Sequence record: OL744216.1 | From: Enterobacter phage vB_ExiM_F4M1E | Direction: 5' to 3' (one strand) | Length of the DNA: 64,000 nucleotides | Shown here: one piece after another, positions 1 to 8,543 of the stretch | Layout: every line of letters starts with the position of its first letter | Position numbering within the stretch: the first letter of the stretch is position 1 | Made by a program: the position numbers and the translations under genes | The notes under the pieces: generated by a model | Databases searched by the model: none | Told to the model about the DNA's origin: nothing | Seen by the model: only the letters and a program-made list of their open reading frames with translations

Positions 1-151
1 TCCACACTTTATATCATGTGCATATACAAACATAATCACCCCACGCAGACTTCGTACCAGCCGCATTTTGTGCATTCACGAACGAAAGCGTGAACGCTAC
101 CAGTGGTTACGAACTTGTGTTGACAATTCTGTTGTTTCACGGACTTTACTG

Positions 152-496
152 TCATACCACACCCCTTGGTTTTACCAGTTCCAGATCCGACTGCGGGATG
201 AAATAGAACCCGCTGCGATAGAACCACTCGTACCCATCGCTGCCTTCCTGCACCTCGGCATCGCTCACATAAAACGACTTCCCGTTGAACTTATCACGTA
301 CAAAGTCCCCACGGGTAAAGCCCGGGATACCGCATTTACGGACGTGATAAAGCTCATGACGAACTCCCTCAAACGCCCCACGGAGATCCATAACCTCACG
401 AAGTTCGAACTCCACGTCCTCTTCGTCGTTACCGATCCCGTGGATCTTGGCATCAATCCGGGTCAGCAGGTCCTCTACTGTATCCCAATCTGTCAT
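152..496 (-). CDS. hypothetical protein with HExxH motif (possible Zn-metallopeptidase-like)
   Basis: 114-aa ORF; HELYH motif; 4-nt overlap with upstream gene in leftward block. Confidence 0.45.
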   Translation of the reverse strand: MTDWDTVEDLLTRIDAKIHGIGNDEEDVEFELREVMDLRGAFEGVRHELYHVRKCGIPGFTRGDFVRDKFNGKSFYVSDAEVQEGSDGYEWFYRSGFYFIPQSDLELVKPRGVV

Positions 497-1224
497 CCTT
501 TGTCCTCCAACTCCAGAGGCTTCATACCCAGAGCCTTGATCCCGGTACGCTGGATCAGGCTGTTCAGGGACGCTTCAATCTCTGCGTTGGCACGAGCCAT
601 CACCGTCTCTGAATGCTCAGTGAAGGTATGGAGTGCATAGGCCGTTACTTCTGGCAGCTTGGCATGAATGGTCTGGAACTTCTCCATCGCCGCCTGCAAC
701 TCACCCTTATTGGCTTTACCTTTGGCAATCAACGCCGACAGGGCTTCAAGGCCCTCTGCATGGCGTTTCATCATGATTTTGAGGGATGCCTCAATCTCAC
801 GATTAGCCTGCTCGGTACTGGTGTTCTGCCCATCGATCAGAGGAAGGTTGCCCTGCCCATGAGGGGTAATGTAACGCAAGGTACACGGTACACCATTCCC
901 GCTGTGGGATGCAACCAAACCTGCCCACTGGTAAGCTGTCAGTTCCAGTTCCAGCACACGCCCTCCACGGCTCTGTGGCTGGCTGCGGTAATTAGGAATA
1001 CCGTAGGCCGTCTCTTCATACGCCAGGTCAATACGAAGCGCTATGCGCTCATTATGGACGATGTCTGAACCAAACATCTCAGTATTGCCACCTGACGGAT
1101 GGGTCAGTGTGATTCGACCATATGCCGGGTGTTCCTGAATAATACGATCACAACCTGAACCCGTCATTTCGGAACGGATCGTTGGTCGCTCCTTCGGATA
1201 CGGTTTGCCTTCTTCTCTGCTCAT
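493..1224 (-). CDS. hypothetical protein (243 aa)
   Basis: long ORF, co-directional packing, overlapping stop/start with neighbours. Confidence 0.5.
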   Translation of the reverse strand: MSREEGKPYPKERPTIRSEMTGSGCDRIIQEHPAYGRITLTHPSGGNTEMFGSDIVHNERIALRIDLAYEETAYGIPNYRSQPQSRGGRVLELELTAYQWAGLVASHSGNGVPCTLRYITPHGQGNLPLIDGQNTSTEQANREIEASLKIMMKRHAEGLEALSALIAKGKANKGELQAAMEKFQTIHAKLPEVTAYALHTFTEHSETVMARANAEIEASLNSLIQRTGIKALGMKPLELEDKG

Positions 1225-1445
1225 TTCACCACCTTCACTACATAGCCCGAAGTTTTCTTTGTCTTGCGAACAGAACCACCATCTGTGGTGTACTCAATGC
1301 TCGCCATATTCAAAGCCTTCGAGAAGCCAATAATCTTGCCACGAGACATCCCGTGACGGTTGTACTCAGTAAACACCACTTCATCACCGATTGCAAGTGC
1401 GTTTCCGACAAAATCATTCATTTCCATTCGCTCGCTGCTCCTCAA
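1221..1445 (-). CDS. hypothetical protein (74 aa)
   Basis: ORF with ATGA-type overlap to upstream gene. Confidence 0.4.
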   Translation of the reverse strand: MRSSERMEMNDFVGNALAIGDEVVFTEYNRHGMSRGKIIGFSKALNMASIEYTTDGGSVRKTKKTSGYVVKVVK

Positions 1446-1650
1446 AAAACAGTTCGTCTGCCATGTCGTTTAAGACTTGGGCCAGTTCCCGTGCCTTCTC
1501 CCGAGAAAGGTACATAAACTCCTCTCCGAGGCAACAAGGCCCACCAGTCCGGCGGACAGCCAAAACTATTTGGCGATACCCTCGTGGTTCAACCACCGCC
1601 GTGGTCGAAGAGTATTTATCCTCACGATCACCATCAATATACTTTCTCAT
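1414..1650 (-). CDS. hypothetical protein (78 aa)
   Basis: ORF in operon context; overlaps neighbour by 32 nt. Confidence 0.4.
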   Translation of the reverse strand: MRKYIDGDREDKYSSTTAVVEPRGYRQIVLAVRRTGGPCCLGEEFMYLSREKARELAQVLNDMADELFFEEQRANGNE

Positions 1651-2681
1651 TTCTTCCCCTTACGCTTAAATTTGTTGTGACCCTTACCACGGCGGAGCTT
1701 AGTGTGCTCCCAATCACGTGCTGGTTTCTCGACCTTAGCGATAGCTGCAAGCTCGTTAAGGTTCCACGTATCGAAAGAATGACCAATTACAGCCAACTCT
1801 TCTTTTCGGAACCCGGTAAGTGCAGCGGCGAGAGAAGCACCAATCCCAGTGCCGCCAACTATAGCTACTTTACGCTGCTTGTCAAGAAATTCTTTGGCCT
1901 TTTCCACAGAGATCTCTTCCACCTCTGAAAGGTCGAGATCCTTTTTACGTGCGCCGTACATCCACGCCCACATAACAGGTTTCAAAGCCTGCTTGGTGCC
2001 AAAGTAAACATCCACATTGAACTCCCGGCAGAGCTTCATCAGTTCCCTCATGGTTTCATCGGCAGTGCGGACCAAGATGTTTGCATCTGGGATGGCCTCC
2101 ACAAAGATCGGATGTTTACGAACACCCATGAACTGATAAACCTCGTCAGATCGTTCCAATCGGGCGCGGAGTCGCTTGAACTCTTCCGGGTCCTCCACCA
2201 AGTCCGTGATTTTGAACATCAGCGGATGCTTCGGTTTCGGAACGTCCTGTAAACACATCTCCTCCAGCTTGGCAAAGTCCCCTTCCAATTGGAGGGTGAA
2301 CTCAGTATTCTTGTCGATGGGGCGCATCTTTCCTCCCGGCATCTGCCATTCCATAACCAGACGGGCTGGAATACGGCGTCCTGTTGGGCTGGTCACAACC
2401 TTCAAATCGTGTTTACGGACGAGTTCACGAACCTCTTCCACGACCTTGGCGATTGCCGGATCGTCACCGGAGAAATTAATATCCGGGCGAGCCGCCAGAA
2501 ATTGATCCATATCTACCATTACCGTGCGGGCCTTTTCCATGTCGATTTCAAATCCCTCTGCACGTTGCTTTCTGAGGTTTTTCAAGTGGTCCTTGAAGAA
2601 CGGGTCTTCGATAAAAATACCTTCGTCCAAAGTTACACGGGCTTCTTCGAAAGTCTGACCTTGGGATTTGAAATTGTTCAT
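1647..2681 (-). CDS. hypothetical protein (344 aa) with C-terminal GGTGIGAS glycine-rich loop and Lys-rich tail
   Basis: long ORF; GxGxxG-like motif VAIVGGTGIGAS near C-terminus; function not recognised. Confidence 0.55.
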   Translation of the reverse strand: MNNFKSQGQTFEEARVTLDEGIFIEDPFFKDHLKNLRKQRAEGFEIDMEKARTVMVDMDQFLAARPDINFSGDDPAIAKVVEEVRELVRKHDLKVVTSPTGRRIPARLVMEWQMPGGKMRPIDKNTEFTLQLEGDFAKLEEMCLQDVPKPKHPLMFKITDLVEDPEEFKRLRARLERSDEVYQFMGVRKHPIFVEAIPDANILVRTADETMRELMKLCREFNVDVYFGTKQALKPVMWAWMYGARKKDLDLSEVEEISVEKAKEFLDKQRKVAIVGGTGIGASLAAALTGFRKEELAVIGHSFDTWNLNELAAIAKVEKPARDWEHTKLRRGKGHNKFKRKGKK

Positions 2682-2738
2682 GTTTACTTCCTCATTTGTG
2701 TTGGTATGGGGCCATATTACAGGCCCCGATCTCTACTG

Positions 2739-3002
2739 TCAACCGAATTTTAATACTTCAGTGAAAAACTGGAAGAGAACCTGCGGAAGGATGATGATGA
2801 CGAACAGGCGCACAGGCATCCAGACCGCAGTGTGCCAGGTGAACAGGCCACGGGTAGCCGGGCTGAACAGGTAGCGAATACGACGAGCGGTCGCAAACAC
2901 TTCGTTAACCCAACCATAGATGATCCAGAACACACCAAAGAACAGCACAAAAATCAGAGCTTCCGGTGGGGTTACGGTGAAGAAATTAATTAGCGCTTGC
3001 AT
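2739..3002 (-). CDS. small membrane protein (87 aa)
   Basis: two hydrophobic helices (FVLFFGVFWIIYGW; VRLFVIIILPQVLF). Confidence 0.45.
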   Translation of the reverse strand: MQALINFFTVTPPEALIFVLFFGVFWIIYGWVNEVFATARRIRYLFSPATRGLFTWHTAVWMPVRLFVIIILPQVLFQFFTEVLKFG

Positions 3003-3267
3003 AAGTCTCCCTTAAATCAGATTCACATTGATAGAAATTATATGTCGGGACATAGTACACCCAAGAGTGCAATAAATCCGACCAGAACATCCCTTGCACT
3101 ACAAACTCATGACCCTCTGTCGAAGAGTCCCCGCCACAGATAGCCACTGGCGTACCGCAACGGTATTTCGGCATCCCGAAATTCTTTATCGCCCAACGGT
3201 CATGCTGGCACAAATCTTTACCGAAGTAAAGTCCCAGTGTGTCCAGTTCAACTTCATTAGTACCCAT
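2986..3267 (-). CDS. hypothetical protein (93 aa; start chosen at internal ATG 3267)
   Basis: ORF 2986-3315; internal start preceded by GGGGG RBS avoids 59-nt overlap. Confidence 0.4.
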   Translation of the reverse strand: MGTNEVELDTLGLYFGKDLCQHDRWAIKNFGMPKYRCGTPVAICGGDSSTEGHEFVVQGMFWSDLLHSWVYYVPTYNFYQCESDLRETYASAN

Positions 3268-3529
3268 AATCAACCCCCTCGTCAATCGTGGTGACTGTTC
3301 TCGACTGTTTCCCACTTCTATATTCTGAGGTGACGGTCGCCCCTGGGCAGTAAACCACGTTCAAAGTGCTGGCGTTTTTCCCCTCCATGTAATAGATTTT
3401 ACAACCCTTTTCTGCCAACTCTTTCGGCAGAATGTAGCTGTCTGTGGATTCAGTTGTACTGGCATCACAACCAACCAAGACCCCGGCGGTAAGAACTGCC
3501 GCCACCAACATCCAAATTTTAGCCTTCAT
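3257..3529 (-). CDS. putative lipoprotein (90 aa)
   Basis: signal peptide MKAKIWMLVAAVLTAGVLVGC with lipobox LVGC. Confidence 0.5.
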   Translation of the reverse strand: MKAKIWMLVAAVLTAGVLVGCDASTTESTDSYILPKELAEKGCKIYYMEGKNASTLNVVYCPGATVTSEYRSGKQSRTVTTIDEGVDYGY

Positions 3530-3758
3530 ATTTGCTCTCCAAAGTTAAACGATCGTTCACTTCTTTCTTTTCGACCTTGTAGCCACGGGACTGTAGCAGC
3601 AACACACAGTATTGCTCCAATGTTTCAGAGAACCACCCCATACTTGGGAGTTCGTCCTTGTCAATCACAAAGCCGATAAGGCGTTTGTCCGGCTCGTTGG
3701 TTTTTGGCGCATTGGACAGGCGCAGATTGATACGTTCTGGCTCGTTAATTTTCATCAT
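3519..3758 (-). CDS. hypothetical protein (79 aa)
   Basis: ORF in co-directional array. Confidence 0.4.
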   Translation of the reverse strand: MMKINEPERINLRLSNAPKTNEPDKRLIGFVIDKDELPSMGWFSETLEQYCVLLLQSRGYKVEKKEVNDRLTLESKYEG

Positions 3759-4081
3759 ACCTCCGAGTATGAATAAAAGGCCCTTATAATCACGATCTCC
3801 AGTTTAAGACCGGGATTATCTCTTGTCAATGAATTTTTCTTTCTCTGTGCATTCTCCAAATCACAAAAGACTTGAAATTTTTTATTAATGTCGGGAAGAG
3901 TATCGCACCCTTTTATTTTTACAGCATAGTAAACGTCACCGCCCTTCAGTTGCTGCCCCAGCTTATGCTGGAACCAAGCGTTAAAGTGGTCGGGTGTTGT
4001 GTCAATTGGTTCCGGGAACAGCCTCAGCCACCAACCTTTTAGCATCTTCTTCATCCGTGGCACTCCACGCGATAGTGCCAT
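3755..4081 (-). CDS. hypothetical protein (108 aa)
   Basis: ORF with 4-nt overlap to downstream gene. Confidence 0.45.
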   Translation of the reverse strand: MALSRGVPRMKKMLKGWWLRLFPEPIDTTPDHFNAWFQHKLGQQLKGGDVYYAVKIKGCDTLPDINKKFQVFCDLENAQRKKNSLTRDNPGLKLEIVIIRAFYSYSEV

Positions 4082-4281
4082 TCTTCAGACCAATGGCGTG
4101 TCTCGTCCGAAGAGTACACATACAAAACCGAATTTTTGCTCGTCGAAAAGAACTTCTGGATCGATTTTTCATTTACCGGGGTCCCATCTTCAAGAAAGAA
4201 ACCATCCAGAAGAATTGCCAAGCCTTTTCTGGTCTTGGATACAGAAACGTTGTAACCTTCATCAACGGTGGTGTAGATCAT
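4051..4281 (-). CDS. hypothetical protein (76 aa)
   Basis: ORF in array. Confidence 0.4.
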   Translation of the reverse strand: MIYTTVDEGYNVSVSKTRKGLAILLDGFFLEDGTPVNEKSIQKFFSTSKNSVLYVYSSDETRHWSEEWHYRVECHG

Positions 4282-4808
4282 TATTCGTCATCCTCATTTT
4301 TGTATCGGCTTCCCTTGACATTAAAACCAACATCAGCCAAGGCATGAGCAGGCAGTCTGCCATCATCTGTCCAGAAACTCAAGGACTTTTTCTTCTCTTC
4401 CAATTCCTTATCCATCAGGGCCAATAAGACTGCCGGATTAGTCTTCGGCATAGCCTGCTGGCATTTAGAAAGCGCGGCATTGAACTGGCGGGTAATGATA
4501 TCGATCTGGTCCACCATGTCAAGTTCATCCATCGCTTCTTTACACACACAGCAGTGACCAATGTTTTTGTATTCATCCTGCCCGGTGCGGTGGCTGTACT
4601 GCTTCTTCTGGATAGGGAGCGCCCGGCGACCACAGTAAGCACACGCCCGCATTCGATCACCCTTGCCGAGGGTGGCTGTTGGGCGGAGACCTTCTTTGGT
4701 GCTGTCCCAACCTTTATGGTTTCCATTACGCCCGTACATCCAAGAGAAGAACTTTTGTGCTCTCTCATCGACATGATCTTCGCCTGCGTGTTCTGTGTGT
4801 TCAAACAT
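4281..4808 (-). CDS. Cys-rich putative zinc-binding protein (175 aa)
   Basis: CAYCGRR ... HCCVCKEAMDELD cysteine pairs. Confidence 0.5.
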   Translation of the reverse strand: MFEHTEHAGEDHVDERAQKFFSWMYGRNGNHKGWDSTKEGLRPTATLGKGDRMRACAYCGRRALPIQKKQYSHRTGQDEYKNIGHCCVCKEAMDELDMVDQIDIITRQFNAALSKCQQAMPKTNPAVLLALMDKELEEKKKSLSFWTDDGRLPAHALADVGFNVKGSRYKNEDDE

Positions 4809-5007
4809 TCCCCTCTCCTTTCATAAATTGAGCGAATGCCAACAAGTCCGCCGGAGACATGTGCTTTACATACGCCCCGTACTCACCATACAAGTTCTCC
4901 AAGACTTCCGGGCATTTGCCGGGGTGGAAGCCGAGGTTCTGGAGATTCTCGATAGTGGTGGCGATCAGCAGTAATTTTTTGAAGTCTTCTTCTTTCATTC
5001 TTAACAT
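4801..5007 (-). CDS. hypothetical protein (68 aa)
   Basis: first gene of leftward block next to divergent intergenic region. Confidence 0.4.
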   Translation of the reverse strand: MLRMKEEDFKKLLLIATTIENLQNLGFHPGKCPEVLENLYGEYGAYVKHMSPADLLAFAQFMKGEGNV

Positions 5008-5045
5008 TTATCGTTCCTCGTCTGTGTTTGATGAGAGTAATATAC

Positions 5046-5084
5046 AGGGTCTCGATCGAGAAATCAATACTTGAATCGTATTTT
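5046..5084. repeat. isolated copy of bipartite iteron GGGTCTCGATCGA-N15-ATCGTATT
   Basis: same bipartite motif as the three tandem copies at 16.40-16.58 kb; lies in divergent promoter region. Confidence 0.6.
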
Positions 5085-5130
5085 TGTTCATGCTACCTTA
5101 TTGTTCACTAAACATGAACAGGAGAGCACC

Positions 5131-5694
5131 ATGAACAAAGTCTTATCCCCGGCAGAGCAGCTTGCCATGATGATCAAGCTGGCAGCAACCCACCATATGA
5201 AGCAATTCGATAAGGGTGGTCGCCCTTACGTCCTGCACGTCCTGAAGGTGATGCATTACCTTAAAGACAAGGATGATGACGAACTAAACTGTATCGCAGT
5301 TGGTCACGATCTGATCGAAGACACTCCGGTTCAACAGTGCGACCTGGAACGCTTAGGTATCTCCGATCGTGTCATCGACGGGATCACCCGCTTAACCAAG
5401 GTCCAGTTCCAGTCTCATGATGAATATCTGAAGGATATTCTGAAGAGCCATGACGCCTGCCGTGTTAAGCTGGCTGACCTGCGCCACAACACAGATATCC
5501 GCCGTCTGAAAGGTTTGCGTCAAAAAGACTTGCAGAGAATCCAAAAGTACCATAAAATGCACATGCAGATTAAGGACATGATTGCATGGTACGAAGACAA
5601 CCATTTGAGCATGTTCTCTTTCCCGGGTGATTACTTTGATGCCCGCAACGAGCAGGTAAAATCAATCATGGAGAAAGAATACGATGCGAATTAA
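5131..5694 (+). CDS. HD-domain phosphohydrolase, (p)ppGpp hydrolase-like (SpoT/Mesh1 hydrolase family)
   Basis: H..H, HDLIEDT and later conserved residues typical of RelA/SpoT HD hydrolase; RBS AGGAGAG 6 nt before ATG 5131. Confidence 0.65.
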   Translation: MNKVLSPAEQLAMMIKLAATHHMKQFDKGGRPYVLHVLKVMHYLKDKDDDELNCIAVGHDLIEDTPVQQCDLERLGISDRVIDGITRLTKVQFQSHDEYLKDILKSHDACRVKLADLRHNTDIRRLKGLRQKDLQRIQKYHKMHMQIKDMIAWYEDNHLSMFSFPGDYFDARNEQVKSIMEKEYDAN

Positions 5695-5851
5695 AGTTTT
5701 AGATGCCCCGCTGGGGCATAAGTTTGACCCGGACACTCACTATCGGGTGTTCCGTCCGACAGAACCGGGCAAGGCTTTCGTTGTTGATGATGACTGCGAG
5801 GCTTGCTTCTTGAATGATATGGAGTGGGAGGAGGTGACAAGTGAAATTTGA
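5684..5851 (+). CDS. small hypothetical protein (~55 aa)
   Basis: ATG overlaps stop of the HD gene; RBS-like GAGAAAG; below ORF-track length cutoff. Confidence 0.3.
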   Translation: MRIKVLDAPLGHKFDPDTHYRVFRPTEPGKAFVVDDDCEACFLNDMEWEEVTSEI

Positions 5852-6029
5852 GATCGTAAAAGGTATTAATGAAATCCAGCTATACACTGGGCGAGTCAAT
5901 GCAACCTTCGTATGCCCTCGCAAAAATGAAACGGTTGTGGTCAATGGAAAACGACACTTTGTCAGGGAAGTTGTTCACCAGTACGATCGTATTGAGGATG
6001 TCCTGAAGATTTTTGTGGAGGAAGAATGA
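5841..6029 (+). CDS. hypothetical protein (62 aa, GTG start)
   Basis: GGAGGAGG RBS 6 nt upstream of GTG. Confidence 0.4.
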   Translation: MKFEIVKGINEIQLYTGRVNATFVCPRKNETVVVNGKRHFVREVVHQYDRIEDVLKIFVEEE

Positions 6030-6556
6030 AAAAGACCCTGAGCATTGAACCAGTTGTTTCTACGTACCTCGGTCGCCCCTATGGTATGGGTGACGATTCT
6101 GTACTTGACGATGGTGACTGGCTGGATCTGGAGGATGACAAGCAGTATACGATCACCCGACTCGGATGCCGGATCAACAAGGTGGAACCGTCGGAAACGT
6201 ACTGCATGTATTACTTCCTTCACGCCATGAAGCCTGGCTGGAAGGGTGATTACCAGAAAGGTTGGACGTGGGATTCTTTCTTCACCTGTTCCTGTGGACA
6301 CGGCGGCTGTGCCGGGTATCACGAGAACGTCCGTATCCATCGCAAGAAGGCCACTGTCCGGGTAATGGGTAAGGTATCAGACGGGTACAAGGACGGAGTT
6401 GTCGGGACCGGGCAGGATGTTGTATACTTCGACAAGAAGCAGTGGGACGGTGTACGGGAATATTATCTCGACCTGTTCCGCAAGAACCCGGAAGGTATCT
6501 TCCAGGATAACGAAATGTTCTTCACCGGGCGATTTGGCCTGGCAACATGGGGTTGA
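6026..6556 (+). CDS. hypothetical protein (176 aa)
   Basis: ATGA overlap with upstream gene; several Cys/His (CSCGHGGCAGYH). Confidence 0.5.
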   Translation: MKKTLSIEPVVSTYLGRPYGMGDDSVLDDGDWLDLEDDKQYTITRLGCRINKVEPSETYCMYYFLHAMKPGWKGDYQKGWTWDSFFTCSCGHGGCAGYHENVRIHRKKATVRVMGKVSDGYKDGVVGTGQDVVYFDKKQWDGVREYYLDLFRKNPEGIFQDNEMFFTGRFGLATWG

Positions 6557-7173
6557 GAATGAAGCGTACCAAAGTAATGAACAAAGCGCGATTCCGCAAA
6601 TCCTTTTTGGGCTTTGCTGTCGCGGCTGTTGTAACCTTCACCCTGTCCGGCTGTGAGCAGGCTGACGAAACGGTGAAGCTGTACATGAACTCTGAGCAGT
6701 GTGCCAAAGAAAGTGGCAATACTCTCGAACAGTGCCAAACTGCGGAGAAAGAAGCCCAAAAGGTTGCCGCAGAAACGGCACCGAAGTTTGGGACGTATGC
6801 GGAGTGCTACGAAGAGTTTGGCAGTATGTGTCAGCACAACACAGCGGCTGCTGCCAGCACGGGCGGAGAATCGCCTTGGATGCCCCTGATGATGGGCTAC
6901 ATGCTGGGCAATATGATGGGGTCAAGTAACTCTTATCATGCGGCACCGATGTATCAGAGCCGTTCTGGTAAGTGGGTGGATAACAAGGCCCGGTCTTACG
7001 ATGTGAAGCCGGGCAAATCGTTCAAAGTAACGAAGTCTGCCATTAAGCCAAAGGTTGAGGCACCGCGATCCACTTGGTCCGGTTCCAAATCCAGCTTCTC
7101 CTCGTCAAAGACAACCACCCGTGGCGGGTTCGGTTCCTCTGTGGGGCGTAGTAGCAGTTCTTTTGGTGGATAA
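6547..7173 (+). CDS. putative lipoprotein (start may be 6559 or 6574)
   Basis: signal peptide ...FAVAAVVTFTLSGC with lipobox LSGC; Ser/Gly-rich C-terminus. Confidence 0.55.
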   Translation: MGLRMKRTKVMNKARFRKSFLGFAVAAVVTFTLSGCEQADETVKLYMNSEQCAKESGNTLEQCQTAEKEAQKVAAETAPKFGTYAECYEEFGSMCQHNTAAAASTGGESPWMPLMMGYMLGNMMGSSNSYHAAPMYQSRSGKWVDNKARSYDVKPGKSFKVTKSAIKPKVEAPRSTWSGSKSSFSSSKTTTRGGFGSSVGRSSSSFGG

Positions 7174-7238
7174 AAGTATTGACTTATCAGATGGCCCATA
7201 TATAATGGGCCTTATTGACAACAAAGAGGAGAAATTCA

Positions 7239-8477
7239 ATGCAGCAGACTTACAAACGTACTGACCAGACGATGTTCAAGAAACGTATTTCCATTCGTCA
7301 AATGGAAGATCTGATCCGTCTCGGTGCCCGTATCGGTAAAACCACCTTCTTCTTCGGCGGCGCGGGCCTCGGTAAGTCCCAGAAAGTGTTGCAGATTGCA
7401 AATAGTATGTTCCCCCATCGTGTTGGGGACAATCTTTGTGACGTGCGTCTGTCTGACAAAGAACCACAGGATATCGCAGGTATCCCGGTCCCGGTAACCT
7501 ATTTCGATCCGGTTCAAGGCAAAGAAGTTACCCGTACTGTGTACGCATGTCCGAGTTTCTGGCCTACTGACCCAAACTGGGAAGGTATCGTGTTCTTGGA
7601 TGAACTGCCGAACGCAATGCTGGGCACTCAGCACTCTGCGTATCAGGTCATTCTGGATCACGTTGCAGGTGACCACCGATTCCCGAAAGGCTGTGTGTTC
7701 GTTGGCGCAGGCAACCGTGACACAGACAACGCAGGCACTACCGAGATGCCGGGGCCGCTGGTTAACCGTATGATCATGGCGGAGGTTGAGTACAACTTGG
7801 ATGTTTGGATCGAGGACTATGCTGTTCCGTTCAAACTTCACCCGCACGTGATCGGTTTCCTGAAACAGTTCCCTGAGCATTTTTACACAGGTGACGTAGA
7901 GAAGCGCTCTACCCCTGTGTTTGCATCACCTCGCCAGTGGAAAACTGTTTCTGATATCCTGTACGATTACGAAGTAGAGAAGAACGAGTACATCACTGAG
8001 ATCGCGATCGCGGGTTCTGTCGGTGAAGGTCTGGAAACCGCTGTTCTGGCGTACCATTTACGTGCCGCCGAACTGCCGAAAGTAGAAGACATCTTCTCCG
8101 GTAAAGTTAAGAAGCACGAACTATCTCGTGAGAAGAACGACCTGGTTTACGTACTGGCGCAGACCTGCTTACGTCAACTGGAAAAAGAAGTGATGGATAA
8201 TAACATGAACGATGAAGATTTCATCGAACGTGCCAGCAATTTCCTGAACTTCATGTTCAATAACTACTACAAGGCGAATAAAGATACCATGATCGCACTC
8301 ATGATTGGCATCTTCCGTGCATCCAATACGGATCAGCAGGCGATTCTGAGCATGAACCCGAAACGTACCAAGATGATCCCGGCCCTGCGTAAAAATTGCG
8401 AAGCAGTCATGACTATCGTAATGGAATACCAGACCCGTTACGGTAAAATCATGGAAGATTTCAACGCGAAGGCTTGA
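7239..8477 (+). CDS. MoxR-like AAA+ ATPase (CobS/NorQ-like)
   Basis: Walker A GGAGLGKS, Walker B VFLDELP, sensor/arginine-finger region; RBS AAGAGGAG before ATG 7239. Confidence 0.75.
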   Translation: MQQTYKRTDQTMFKKRISIRQMEDLIRLGARIGKTTFFFGGAGLGKSQKVLQIANSMFPHRVGDNLCDVRLSDKEPQDIAGIPVPVTYFDPVQGKEVTRTVYACPSFWPTDPNWEGIVFLDELPNAMLGTQHSAYQVILDHVAGDHRFPKGCVFVGAGNRDTDNAGTTEMPGPLVNRMIMAEVEYNLDVWIEDYAVPFKLHPHVIGFLKQFPEHFYTGDVEKRSTPVFASPRQWKTVSDILYDYEVEKNEYITEIAIAGSVGEGLETAVLAYHLRAAELPKVEDIFSGKVKKHELSREKNDLVYVLAQTCLRQLEKEVMDNNMNDEDFIERASNFLNFMFNNYYKANKDTMIALMIGIFRASNTDQQAILSMNPKRTKMIPALRKNCEAVMTIVMEYQTRYGKIMEDFNAKA

Positions 8478-8543
8478 CATCACAACCTGAACTGATAAAA
8501 TTGGGTCATCTTTCGAGATGGCCCTTTTTCTTTTGGAGGAAAT

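Noticed and set aside
68-640. ORF 68-640(+) 190 aa
   Set aside because: It is antisense to two well-packed minus-strand genes (152-496, 493-1224) and has no RBS. The leftward block organisation favours the minus-strand ORFs.
7236-7880. ORF 7236-7880(-) 214 aa
   Set aside because: It is antisense to the MoxR-like ATPase gene, which has Walker motifs.
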